The notes below the pieces were generated by a model. The model worked only from the letters and a program-made list of their open reading frames with translations, was not told the origin of the DNA and did not search any database. Shown here one piece after another: positions 52,011 to 64,000 of a stretch of DNA of 64,000 bases; the stretch's first letter is position 1, and each line of letters starts with the position of its first letter. The position numbers were made by a program, and so were the translations under genes. Origin of the DNA: Callorhinchus milii (Eukaryota); NCBI RefSeq assembly GCF_018977255.1, contig NW_024704743.1:67706001-67770000 (forward strand). The letters run 5' to 3'.

Positions 52011-53737
52011 CACCACAAATATGCCAAATAGACTAACAGCAACTTCTCTTTACTGTTCACTCTGCAAATTTATTGATGATAACTCAGGGGCATAAAACAG
52101 TCTACATCCTCATCTCACAAAGTGACGCGAGCAAGGGCTAATTTGCCTGATGCTCCCACATCCATCCTTCCTGATACAAACCACAAACCACTGCCCAGAC
52201 AGTTATAACTCAATTGTTTAGTCCTTTGCATAACAACACATTTATAATTCATAATAAATACATTTGAAGATAATCTTCACTTAAACCAGCAGCCAAGTAA
52301 AATTCTCAGAAACAAATCAAAATGCTCAGAAACAAAATTACAAAAGGTTCAAAACAATATACTTGAAGCAACTAGAACCATCACTTCGTATTGCACTTTT
52401 GGATGAGAGCTACACAACAGCAAAGTTTACTGTGTGCTTTAAATCAAACTCATTCATGTAGGCAACATAATAACAAGCTGATCCAGTCAAGTATCCCTTA
52501 GAATCCTGACAATTATACACATTTTTGACTCAGAAGCGAGAGTGATACCAACTGAGCCAAGATGACCCAGTGGTATCTACGGGCAATCTCAAAAAAAGGC
52601 AAGTGAGAAAATTCATCTGATATAACTCTCACATGTGAGGCTAAAGAAACACGTAGAATAGTAAAGAAGCAGTTCATATATTTTTAAATGGTAGTAAATC
52701 ATGTTTCACATGCTGAATACATATAAATACAAGGGAAGTAAATGCAGCAGCACAGATTCCTCTAAGCGAGGCAGAGTTTTGAGAGATCATAGTAGGCAAA
52801 TTTAGGTCATTCTAATGTATAATTCAAATGCATTTTCTTAGGAGATGGATCAAGTGTTTTATGTGTTGCACTGAGGTAATAGGAATGGCTGAACAAATCT
52901 AAAATGACTATGGGAAGAATGGATTATTTGAAGTGAGCAGCTGCCAGGGACTGGGAAAAGGTTATGCAGATGGTGGGGAAAAAATACGTTTAACAAACGT
53001 TAAATTATTCAGCAAAATGTCATAAACTCTCAGAAAAAAATGCTGTAGGAGGTTTTAATTTGGTGCTGTTCAGTTTGAAATAAGAGTTGTCTAAGGTGTT
53101 AAGATAAATGCTTGTAGCAGCTGAATGCTGTGCGAATTGTGTATTGTGCAATAAACTACATTTTACAATGTAATAAAATCATTCTTGAAGCTCATAAAAG
53201 GATGTACAGTAATTACAATATAAAGTCAGGAGTAATAAAAGTTTACTGTCTTTTCTATGAGTGCTTTATTCAGTCAACAAAGGGACATGAGCAATCTCTG
53301 TGGGTAATGAGAGAGTAGCAGCCTGATAGATGATTCTCGTTACCAGCTCCGCAAAAATACGCCAATTAAGCCAAAGTGGAATTAAATATCTTTTCAACGT
53401 AAACAATACAATTAAGCAGCAGAAATACTTGACAGATTGAAAGCCATTTGTCAGTATGCTTCCTTTTAATCAATTTGTTCACCTCACAATTTGGCAAGCT
53501 TCACTTTTGACCAGGAAGGAACTTTTTTAAGCCATCCGTCAACTGCTTCTAAAGGACAAGGAAAGCCCTTTGTACAGCAACCAACTCTGACAGAGAAGAT
53601 TGCTGGGCTAGAATTCAAGCTTTGTAAATTAACATTTTCTCCAACAATAGATGAGTTGAAAAGCGCTATTCAATGTAATTTGTTGTTGAGTTCAGAGGAA
53701 TTTGGTAAATTGGCACTGTGGAACTTATATTCAGCTT

Positions 53738-54072
53738 TTTTTTAGTAGGCTGGGAATCTGACACACGTGGATACCCATCACCATGCTTATGAGTATTCAA
53801 ACCAGATTGAATGTCCTCATAAGTATTTCACCTATATGAAAAAATTGTTTTGTGCCTGGAATGGAATACACACTCTCTTCCGAAGGGTTGCACCTTGCCT
53901 ACCTAGTTTGAGAAAGCGTTGAATGCAGATCAGTAAGAGCCAGGGCTAAAGTACCCAGAAGTGTGTTCAGGTATTGCCCGAGTTTAACTAGTTATAAGTA
54001 CACTGTCTGTCAAACTCTCTGCTGATTATCCAGCTAGGACCATCTTATCCATTGGGGCTTTGGCTTGCAGGG
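53738..54072 (-). repeat. Unclassified family X, full length, diverged
   Basis: T-run...acccatcaccatgctta...ccagctaggacc...gggctttggcttgcaggg. Confidence 0.65.
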
Positions 54073-54412
54073 TTAACAGGAGCTAATTAGGAAGAATCCC
54101 TATCCCTGTACATTGTGCTATATTATACATGTAATGACATTTTTGGAAAAGTCCTAAACAATGAAAATGAAATACTTTATGCCCATAAAACGTGTGCTTT
54201 GCGGGCATTCTTATTGATAACCTATTTCTGGAGCTTGTCATTAGAGAAGAGAGTTTCTTCCAGGATCCTGGCCAACAAATCCCCCAAATAATAATGGTAA
54301 TTTACTCCAAGACTGTTTGTGAGACATTGCTGTGTGCTAATTGTCTGTCGCATTCATCCACAGTATATCCTGGAAAGTGGTTTGGGATGTCATGATGTGA
54401 TAAGGCGCAATC

Positions 54413-54733
54413 GTGGAGTCCTGTAGCTCAGTGGTTAGAGCACTCGCTTTGCAAGCAAGAGACCTGAGTTCAATTCCAGGCAGAGGGCGAAACCTTGGGC
54501 AAGTTTCCTTACTCCACACAGAGCCTAATAATAATCCCTCCAAAACCAAAAACAATAATAAATTGGTCATTTTCAATCTACGACTGTTTGTGGGACATTG
54601 CTGTGCGCAATTGGCTGCCGCGTTCGCCCACAAATATACAGTCAATTCACTTTACAGTGTGTTCTGTGAAGCGCTTTGGGACGTCCTCCCGACGTGAAAA
54701 GCGCTATATCAAATGCAAGGATTATTATTATTA
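54413..54733 (+). mobile_element. tRNA-Ala SINE, short subfamily, nested in an older DeuSINE tail (~54240-54758)
   Basis: Old tail ...gtgataaggcgcaatc is interrupted and resumes atatcaaatgcaaagattatt. Confidence 0.9.
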
Positions 54734-56400
54734 ATATCAAATGCAAAGATTATTATTAGCTAATGGTGTATTTCTTCTAATCAGAAGCAATGGTACATCT
54801 CTACAGCTCATTAACCATAACATTTGTTTTCTAAATACCTATTTTTGGCCTCTTTTACAATGAGTGGGAAAAGCACCACAATCCATTTATTGATTTACGT
54901 ATACAATCTGATGTAGCATAGCTTGATCTGCACTTTGTGTCTGAAGTTTCTGACTGAGGTACATGCTGCCTGCATGAAAGGGTCAGTTGAAGTATGTGAC
55001 AGGCCAGAAGAATCATGCTGCGACTGGATTTCACCATAAACAGTTGAGTGTCATGCAGCACTGGAACTTTGCTTCGAACATCGAAAGGCCCTTTCAAGTT
55101 CACTACCAATTGATTCCAGCAAATGCAACAAGAATTATTGATAGTAAATTAAATCAACGTTATATCGTGGGAAAGTACAGTATTTCAAGCTTATTATGTG
55201 TCATCAAGCAATTGGAGCTTATGTAAAATATTGCCACTCTTAAACTTTGTGTTTGGCAGGATTTTGTCATTTTATGTAACAATACTTGTTCATTACTCAA
55301 TACTACCACGATTAAGAAAGTGTTGTGCATATCTAATATTTGTCAATTTCCACATATAGGTGGAATGCAACACTTTCATGTTGGGAGGACATCTCAAAGG
55401 CTAGCAGCTGAGTCCATAATGGAGTTATCAAAGCAGATCGATAATGGTGGAGTTATCTGAGTGGTGGTGGGGAGAATGGCTGAAAGCTTACCCACCGGTG
55501 TGATAGAGTTGTAGGAGATCACAGAGTTGCAGGAGTGTAGGGTGGGGTGAGGCCATGCGCTGATTTGAAAGTGAGAACAAGAATCTTGAATTTAGTCATA
55601 CTAATAGAAATTGCAATAGAGGACACGGGATAAATTAACGGGAGGAAGGGAAATGGAGAAACTGTAGGAGGAAAAAAAGATTCTACGCCATAAAATCAGA
55701 TATTATAACAGGTTTCCTAAATGATTCACCTGCTCTCTCCCTCTGCCACTGGAATTCACATCGTAATCCACCCTGGAGTTTTGGGCTTTGCTGATCATCT
55801 GGCACATGAGCCCTTCTGAAGCACTGCATTGTAATACAGACAATCAGCAAAGCTGCTTGACTAACATTCAGAACAACAGATACCCAAATGTCTGCTGATC
55901 GGCCTCCCCTCGTCCCTGGCATTGACTGCTTCGTATTTGCACTGCCGGCAGCAGGACCATATCATTGCTTTACCATTCAACTACAAATTAGTTTTTTTCC
56001 GTTCAATGCACAGTTTTGTAAAAACACTCAGTCCAACCCACATCATTAAACTCCCTGGTTGCACTGAATTACTTCAAAGCTCTTTCCAAGTATACTAATT
56101 TCATCTGCAGAATATCAGCAACAGGTTTACATGATCTACAAATTAACTTTCCCTTTTGAATCCCTTTGGATTCATGTAAAAATAGTCAGCTCATCTGAGA
56201 TTATGTTCTGCATTTCCATTATACAGCATATCCAGAAATTGCAAAAGTCACAATGTACAATTGTAGAGAAGCTCAAGATGAGTGCAGTGAAATACACGTG
56301 GAAAGTAGTGTGAAATTAGAGCAGGAAAGTTTTGTTAACTGCTTCCTTTATTATTTGTGTAAAATTATAAGGGGCTTTGACAGGGTAAATAGGGAGAAGC

Positions 56401-56880
56401 TAACGTGCATATATTCTGTGCAAAACTAGGATAGGTATAATAACCCTTACATTTTATCCAGCACATTATCACATCATTAACATGTCTTGACGCCCTTAAC
56501 AGGATTTAATGTGCAGCCAATTTGTAGTGGATTCCTGTAGCTCAGTGGTTGGAGCACTCTCCTTGCAAGCAAAAGGAGCTGGGTTCAATTCTCAGCAGAG
56601 TGAAACATTGGACAAGTTTCCTTACTCCACACGCCTCTGTTTATCTAGCAGTAAGTAAGAACCCGGTCGTTAGTTGATTCTCGGATCGCTTTTCCTAGGT
56701 TAACAATTACTTAAAAAAAATAATAAATTGATCACTCAATCCACGGCTATTTGTGGAAACTGTTGTGCGCAATTGGCTGCCATGTTTTGCCCACAAAATA
56801 CTGTAAAGTCTATTATAAGCGCTTTGAGACGTCTCGAAGATGTGATAAGCTGCTAAATCAAATGCAAAGATTGTTATATT
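56401..56880 (+). mobile_element. Long-subfamily SINE (from ~56527) with the same 5' extension as 7384
   Basis: Ungapped match to 7384-7509, continuing into the SINE. Confidence 0.8.
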
Positions 56881-57100
56881 AACAACAAGAACAACAAGAT
56901 TACATTTGTATAGCGCCTTTCACGTCAGGAAGATGTCCCAAGGCGCCGGACAGTGCACAGCATTTCAGACCCGAGCTGGGATCAGGGAGGGAGAAGGGAG
57001 GGGAGGGGAAGGGGGGTGACCGATAGCATGGTTGAAGGGGAGGCTTTTGAGGCGGAACTTGAAGGAGGCTAAGGAGGGGGCGAGGCGGAGTGATTGGGGA
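56881..57100 (-). mobile_element. L2 3' end
   Basis: (caa)n plus reverse complement of the tail; matches 37110-37334. Confidence 0.85.
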
Positions 57101-58221
57101 CTTAACAGTGGCATACATTGCTATCCCAGTGACCAGTCTGCCCCTCTAAGTCTTGCTGATGAGTTAGGCAGTCGGTCTGTTATTAGCTGTACCTTGGAGT
57201 ACTGCGGACATGCCTGGCTCAAGAATTGGATTACAAAGATCGCCACAGAGAGTTGACTCAGTCCCAACATGTCACCTTGGAGCTGGCTCAACAACAAGAA
57301 TATGCTGTTGCTTGTCCTCGAAAGAGGATTGACTGTAAGAGACCAGTGGCATAAGACTACAAGATGAACTGGAGTAGTAATTGAGGCCTGTCTCAGTGAC
57401 TGGTCCCATTAATCTGAACTCTCTTTCTCTCAGAATAAAGAAAAACATTTTAAAGTTAAAACGATGAAATTCCCTTTCCTTTCTACTGCTATTTATGTCT
57501 TCCTTTCCTTAATTGTTTCCTTATCAAGTAGACTCAGCTATTTGTTGTCATTCCCATAATTGATTTCAGTAGCATGTTAGATGACAAGCTAAATCACTTC
57601 AGAAAAGAAGGCACATACGTGATTTATCCTACGGGTTTCTTTTCACCACTGCTCATCATTCATTGCTCTATTTTGATGCACACTCACAGCTTGGCCACAT
57701 CTCCAGTTCCTACAACACTTTTAGATGGAGGACATAATTTTTATCTTATTATTATTATTATCCCTTATTTCCTTTCTTGATACAGTTAAGTCATTGTCAG
57801 ATAAAATATGTAGAAAGAGAATCAATTCTAATCACCAAGTAAGTCTCGTCATATATGCCTCATAGTAAATATTTTTACATGTTTGATAAACCATGACACG
57901 ATGCCTTCTTATTACGAGATGTTTTATTACTATGATGTAGATCTAGTACAAAGCTGGTTTCGTCAACCTTCTTCCCTTTGCATTCATTTCTTCAGGTAAG
58001 ACCGCCATAAAAAATCAACATTATACAGTATTAGGAGCTCCAGTCGAAAGCAGTAACACCTCCATAGGTTTCAGCTAACTCTGTACGGGTCAGATGACAT
58101 TTACAAGCTAGTTACATTTCACCTTCGTGATTTAAAATGTAATCTGACCTTTTCTGTTACATAGCCTTAGGAAAGGTTCACAACCATCCCTTGTCATACA
58201 TCAAAAATACCAGTAGTAGAA

Positions 58222-58560
58222 TTGCAGTGGGTTAAGACACTATTATTTCACTTCTGGTACCCAGTTTTGAATTCATATCAGGCTGATAAGAAGAAAACCT
58301 TCTCTCTGGCGTTTACATGGCATAAATCACGATAGTTTCACTCAGTTCCCAGCGGACATGAACCCACAGCATTGAACTGCTCACCATCTGGCACATATGA
58401 GAAGCAAATTGGCAATCACACACACAAAGGTCAAAAAGGTGGTTAGCGCAGAAATTCATGCCAGGATTATCCTTCTCAAGTGGGGAACGCCTTGGGCTGT
58501 GAGATTAAGGCACATTTCTGGGGCTAGGCAGAAAGCTTCACTCTGCAACTGCGCTCTATC
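58222..58560 (+). mobile_element. LF-SINE-like element, diverged
   Basis: Ordered landmarks tttcacttctgg, cagttcccagcggaca, tggcac..ttggcaatc, gattaaggcacatt..ggggc..gaaagctt resemble the recalled LF-SINE consensus. Confidence 0.5.
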
Positions 58561-60324
58561 TTGGAAGTACTCAACATTTTCTATTGGTTAGCAAGTGAGC
58601 AAAGAGGAGGGTAGAAGGATTTGTTTTATACAGAGTTGATGGTATGCAGACTGCCCTGTCAGTTGGAATGATTGAGGCTGAATCGTATTAGCTTTCAAAA
58701 GGGAACCAGATAGTAATCTAAAATGAGATTCTACCATCTTTACCCTTCCTACCATCTTCATTTGCCACCCTCTGCAGCTCCCACCCTTTCCAACTCAGGT
58801 GCCCAGCCGGCAGTGTTGCTTTGCTATATAAATGTAAATTGTATTGTTTTGTAGAAAGGAGCAAGTTCAGAGGTATGGGGAAAAAGCAAAAAAGTAAACC
58901 AAAATGGGTCTGAATGGATTGCTCTTTCAAAGCACCAGTATACACACAATAGGCCGAATAGTCTTCTGTCCTGTAACTTTTTATGGTTCTATAAACTGAT
59001 AGAAAACGAAAACCAACTCTTGCCATACTGATCTACTTTTTTGAGAGGCTATCTTGTATTAAACATCCTCCTTTTGATTCCACTGAGCCATTCATAATTC
59101 ACAAAGGTACGAGACAATATTTCTTATGATCTTCCCCATATAACAAATGTGTTTCACAGGAAAACATTAAAAATGCCTGCAGCTAGTTTGTCTTCAGATC
59201 TGTGACTAAAGTATGACTGAGGTGATTTACCACAAAGAGTTTGGATTTTGCTCTGATATTTGATGAAAATCTGACAGCTGTTAAGGAACACAGATGACAT
59301 ACAGGACCTGTAGCCTTCCTCTGGTCACAGCACACACAGTTCACAGGTCATGCCTTGCCTTTTATTCCAATAAGACATTTCAGATTTTAGTTTCACTTGT
59401 TGAAACCTCCAGCAACAAATACTGGAAAATGAAAACTATTCCCTCTCAGGTAATTAAAAGGAAAAGGTCACAGCTAAAAATGTGGCCACACCAGAGATTC
59501 ACTAAGCTTTGCAAATTATTTTTCATGTGGAATGCACTTCATCAACAGATTGCAAATGGATATTTGGGAACTAATGATATTAAAAGAACAGGGAGAAAAG
59601 GTGGGAAGTGGAGTTAAAAGAATCACCTTGATATAACCAACTGGTGGAGGAATGGATTCAATGGGTTGAATAACCTCCTCGTGTTCCTATATTTTATGTA
59701 TAATAATAATCCTTACATTTGGTATAGTGCCTTTCCGATTTGGAAGATATCCCAAAGTGCTTCATAATAATAGATACATGTACGCACAGCTCCATTTTGC
59801 CTGATTGAAGAATAGTCCTAGCCTGCAGTTCAAGTCTACACCATCTGCTCTCACCACTCTAAAAATGATTCTGGCATCAAATTGTCATGTAGGAAATGAT
59901 TGTACTTTTACGTGCTGGTGGTGATTTCACTGTAGGATTGTAATTAAATATTGAGACTATAATATTGATGATTATCCTACCATGGCTTTAATTAAATCCC
60001 TTTGAGACAGTCTTAATGAAATGTCAAGTAATTTTCTTCCGATCTATGACCTTCCCTATCTTTGTACCCCATTCTCCATGTATCTGTCCCATATTTATTC
60101 ATTCAGAAATGGCAGATAGAGAGGAAAGAGACAGACTGAAAGAAAGAATAGTCATTTTGAAAGAAAGAATAGTCATTTTTCTTTCATGTTCATGATGAAA
60201 TTTCCTATTTTACAATCACAAAAATATTCTGCTTTTTAAGCGATAATCACTGTGATGGTCCCTTTTATGGCGAGTGGAAGAGAGATGATGCAGATAAAAG
60301 TGTGTACGTGAGGGACAAATAGGT

Positions 60325-60615
60325 TTTAGCTGGATAAGCAAGGAGAAGCTTCCCAGATTCTGCTTTCAATGGCAAGCTATGCAGTTTTAGTGGTTAAACT
60401 CCAGCAGTATCCCAAAGTACTGAGAGGTCCCCAAGCCTTGTCAAACTGCACCTAATACTTTCTGGAATTATGTAAGCAGGGAATGTCTCTCCAAGGGTAG
60501 AGTGCACATTTTATTCCAGACATTGGGAAATTTCTAGGTTAAGGTGGCATGTCTGGTTTAGATTCTTTCAAGTACAGAGATGGGTTTCCACATGAATCAG
60601 GCTGATCCAAAACAA
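60325..60615 (+). repeat. Unclassified family X copy
   Basis: tagctggataagc...ggcaagctatgcagttttagtggttaaactccagcag...ggctgatccaaaac. Confidence 0.7.
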
Positions 60616-61151
60616 TGTGAACCTTCAGTTTTAGTGTGGCAAAAGCTTCAATTGTGGAAGCCAGTTTCATACGAAATTGTACAAATTACTTAATGCTGTC
60701 TCCGATAATGTTAGGTCTCCAAACTATTTCATTTTACCGCATCATTTGCTCGTTCCACGAGTTGAACATTTTTGACAAGTCCCTAGGAACATCCAATTTC
60801 AGATCCTGAATCATAGCTTGAGGCTGAAGCAGCTTTGATACCTAAAGCCTAGTACAGCAGCTCACATGGTAAAATGGAGTGATGTAAAATTTGTGAAAAT
60901 GATCATCATATTAATTAGGAAAGAATGGTTACCTGGGAGTAACTAAAATAATGTTATTAGAAGATTCATCATAAAATGGCACTATTAACCAACCTCTTAG
61001 ACTATACCTATGGTCACCTCCCTCTTCCCCATTCTTTTGTTCAACATCTGGCAATCTCCGAAATACTTCAAGACATCATTCTATGAGATGGGCACAATAT
61101 AAATATACTGTGTTGTTGAAGTGAAGAACAAGCGGTCTGTAACAATTGCTT

Positions 61152-61471
61152 TATAATAATAATAATAATCCTTGCATTGATGTAGTGCTTTTCACGTCGG
61201 GAGGACATCCCAAAGCGCTTCACAGAATAGACTGTAAAGTGAATTGACCGTATATTTGTGGGCGAACGCAGCAGCCAATTGCGCACAGCAGTGTCCCACA
61301 AACAGTCGTGGATTGAAAATGACCAATTTATTATTGTTTTTGGTTTAGGAGGGATTATTATTTGGTGTGTGGAGTAAGGAAACTTGCCCAAGGTTTCGCC
61401 CACTGCCTGGAAATGAGCTCAGGTCTCTTGCTTGCAAAGCGAGTGCTCTAACCACTGAGCCACAGGACTCA
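61152..61471 (-). mobile_element. tRNA-Ala SINE, short subfamily
   Basis: Full head-to-tail match. Confidence 0.9.
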
Positions 61472-61664
61472 CACTTTAACTGCCCCACTCAATTGTTACC
61501 TCAATATCACTCCACTGTAACTTTGTTTTAATAATAAACTCTAAATTGTGATATTCCTTAATAACAAATATAGAAATCATAGAAATGATTCAGCATGGAA
61601 ATAAGTCATTCAGTTCAATTAATGTTTATTCTCCACATGTGCTCCCGGTCCCTCTGATTCCTTT

Positions 61665-62155
61665 CCAAGCAGCAGGAAAGCTTGCCAGACAGTGATATCA
61701 AAGACAAGCTTTGTGGTTTTAGCTGGTTGGTTTCCAGCGGTACCCCAAGCCACACTCTGGGGTCCCCAAACCTTGGCTCTTGGCAATCTGTACCTAATCC
61801 CTCCCTTGCTTCCTTCAGGGCAAGACCCTCCTTTTTGATCGGGCTTTCAGCCGCCATTCTACCTCTCTGCCCTCTCTCACCCCAACCCTGCCCCACACAT
61901 GCTCAGGTCCCAATCCCCAAGTGTTCAGCGCCTTGGGACGTCCTCCCGACGTGAAAGGCACTTTACAAATGTACTTTTGTTGTTGTTGTAATGCTCTCTG
62001 GGATTAGGTATGTAGGGTGTATATCTTCAGGGAGAGAGTGCACATTCCATTCCAATAAATATCTTAGGAATTTCCATGTGTAGGTGGGATACATGGAATT
62101 CTATGTTTGGTTTGGATACTCCAGTGATGCAGTTCCACATCTGTCAGACATCCAG
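61665..62155 (+). repeat. Family X copy interrupted by an L2 3' fragment (~61799-61988)
   Basis: X resumes after (ttg)n; taat is repeated at both junctions. Confidence 0.72.
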
Positions 62156-62194
62156 GACGTGAAATACTAAACACTGATTTCAGAGTTGTGCACA

Positions 62195-62580
62195 ATACAA
62201 CAACAAATTGCATTTATTGTACCTTTTATGCCCGGAGGATGTCCAAGCCACTGGAAAGTTGACAGTTTGCACCTAAGCTGGGGGTTAGGCAGTGGGTATG
62301 GAAAAATGACTGAAGGCGTGGTCAAAAGGGAAGGTCATCAGAAGGACATGGAAGGAGGGAAGTGGCGAGGCAAAGGCTTCAAAGACTGGCGTTCCAGAGA
62401 GTGGGGCAGAAAGGCTGAAGGCCTGATCACCAATGGTGAGATGGGCAGGGTGGGGGACATGAAGCAGACCAGTGCCTGCAGAGCAAAGGGAGTGGGCAGA
62501 TTATGATTAGAAAGTCATAGTGGGAGGGTGAGGCAAGCCTGTGGAGGCCTTTAAAAGTGAGGCAGAGGATTTTTAATTCA
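62195..62580 (-). mobile_element. L2 3' fragment, older
   Basis: (caa)n, gcgttccagagagtgggg, gccttta...aggatttttaattc. Confidence 0.7.
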
Positions 62581-64000
62581 AGATCACCAAAATCAACATT
62601 TCATAATGTTATTAAAGTGCAATCAAACCACTGGCATAAACATTGGTTCAGTAGACACGGCGCAAAGCCAGTAGATGCTGACCTTGCAATAAACAACAAC
62701 AACAGCAACTTGCACTTATATGGCACTGTCCACACAGGGTAGAGGCTCAGAGCACTGCTCCGGGCGGTGGGTGCGGGGGGCATCTCAATTTAAGATGGCT
62801 GTTTGTCAGCAGAAATCCTAAACATACTGCCGTGTATGCAGCTTAAACAGAGCACTTTAATGAAAACCAACTCACAGAAGATCACAAGATAGGTTGGGAT
62901 GAAAGCCCTTCAGGCATCTGATTTCATCTTTGCAGAACAACAACAACAAATTGCATTTATATAGCGCCCTTCATGCAGGAGAGCAACCCTATTTAGTAAT
63001 AAACACCCTATTATCTCCCATCACTATTCTTCTTATTATTATTCACAGCATCAAGCTGATGATAACAGAGGCTATATACAGTGTTAGGTTTATAATCAAT
63101 AATAGCCCGCTAAATTCTCTAATTATGAAGAAACAACCAGATATTGCTTTTAATGCAATGATAAATCCTGAGGTTGGAGGGGATGGGGGTTGCATAAAAG
63201 TTAAAAAAAATGCCTGAAACTCATAGGTAAAATCTCCTGCTTATTTTGGAGAGAGGAGTCTTAATTACATATGAGCTTTGTTTGAATTTACTTCTGTGTT
63301 CATTTGCCAGCTGTTGAATTACAATGTGAAGTAGGAGTTGTTTTTTGCATTTCAACTTGCGTTTGATCTTTCGGCCGGTGAAACTGACGATGAAAATATT
63401 AATGCTCCAAGTGCCTTTTGCATCTCTGCGTCAAATGTTCGAGATAAATGCACACTTAGCCTGAACATGATTCAGTTTCAAGCGCAGCATTCCATTTCGT
63501 CAAACCGCTCATCGCTCATTTATACAACGCTCCCAAATTCCAGACAGAGAAAAAAGGTCTGAATATCAAAAGAATTTTGATCCGATCAAGAAATATTCAA
63601 TCGTCATCCAGTTCTGAACTGCTCAGCATACTAAATACAGACAAATTACAGCTTGAGACAGCCGAATATTTCACAAGTCTAATCATTTCGGTGTAAGATG
63701 CTGACGTCTGTTAAGTGTTCTGCTGTGCTCAGATTGCGTTGCGGAATGGACGGTTAAACGACCTGTGTTACAAACATGTGGAAATAACTCATTCTGATCA
63801 AAAGTTTACAGAAATCCTGATCTAAGCACAGTACTTTGTTGCAAACCAGTCATACGTTTATCCAAATTCAGTTCTACTCAGCTGTATATATTTAATGAAC
63901 ACGTTTCTTTCAACTTAATGATTTAATAAATCCTTCCACAGGTCTCATATCGGTCAGGGGATATGAACGCATTGATGCTCTCTTTGACAGATTTAAGCAC

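Noticed and set aside
54415..54489. tRNA-Ala(TGC)-like cloverleaf (also at 42678, 5213-5285, 40032-40105)
   Set aside because: Always fused to the same body and L2-type tail; these are SINE heads, not tRNA genes.
57110..57410. ctgatgag...cctcgaaagagg as a hammerhead or structured RNA
   Set aside because: Core halves are ~160 nt apart with no supporting stems; only short, chance-level complementarity.

Overview
Vertebrate genomic DNA lying entirely inside one very large minus-strand gene, CNTNAP2 (Caspr2). The window holds coding exon 2 (49228-49338, 111 nt) and exon 3 (17681-17874, 194 nt), which encode the N-terminal discoidin/F5-8C domain. They are separated by a 31,353-nt intron and flanked by parts of introns 1 and 3. 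The repeat content suggests a cartilaginous fish, probably a chimaera/elephant-shark relative (inference from recalled families, not a database match). The rest is intronic and rich in retroposons: L2 and CR1 LINE fragments, old SacSINE1-like DeuSINEs, a young tRNA-Ala-headed SINE sharing its 3' stem-loop with the L2, an LF-SINE-like copy, a Penelope-like remnant and palindromic MITE-like elements. Nearly all ORFs in the track are repeat-derived or chance. Most notable: (1) two SINE copies 49 kb apart share the same ~126-nt 5' extension containing an antisense tail, a possible composite self-complementary retroposon; (2) an unclassified, hairpin-rich, A-tailed ~350-nt repeat with at least 8 copies; (3) compensatory changes and tail switching in the SINE/L2 3' stem-loop; (4) several templated-insertion or snap-back scars; (5) long inverted repeats and hairpins. 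No prokaryote-type system is present. All alignments were made by eye and repeat boundaries are approximate.
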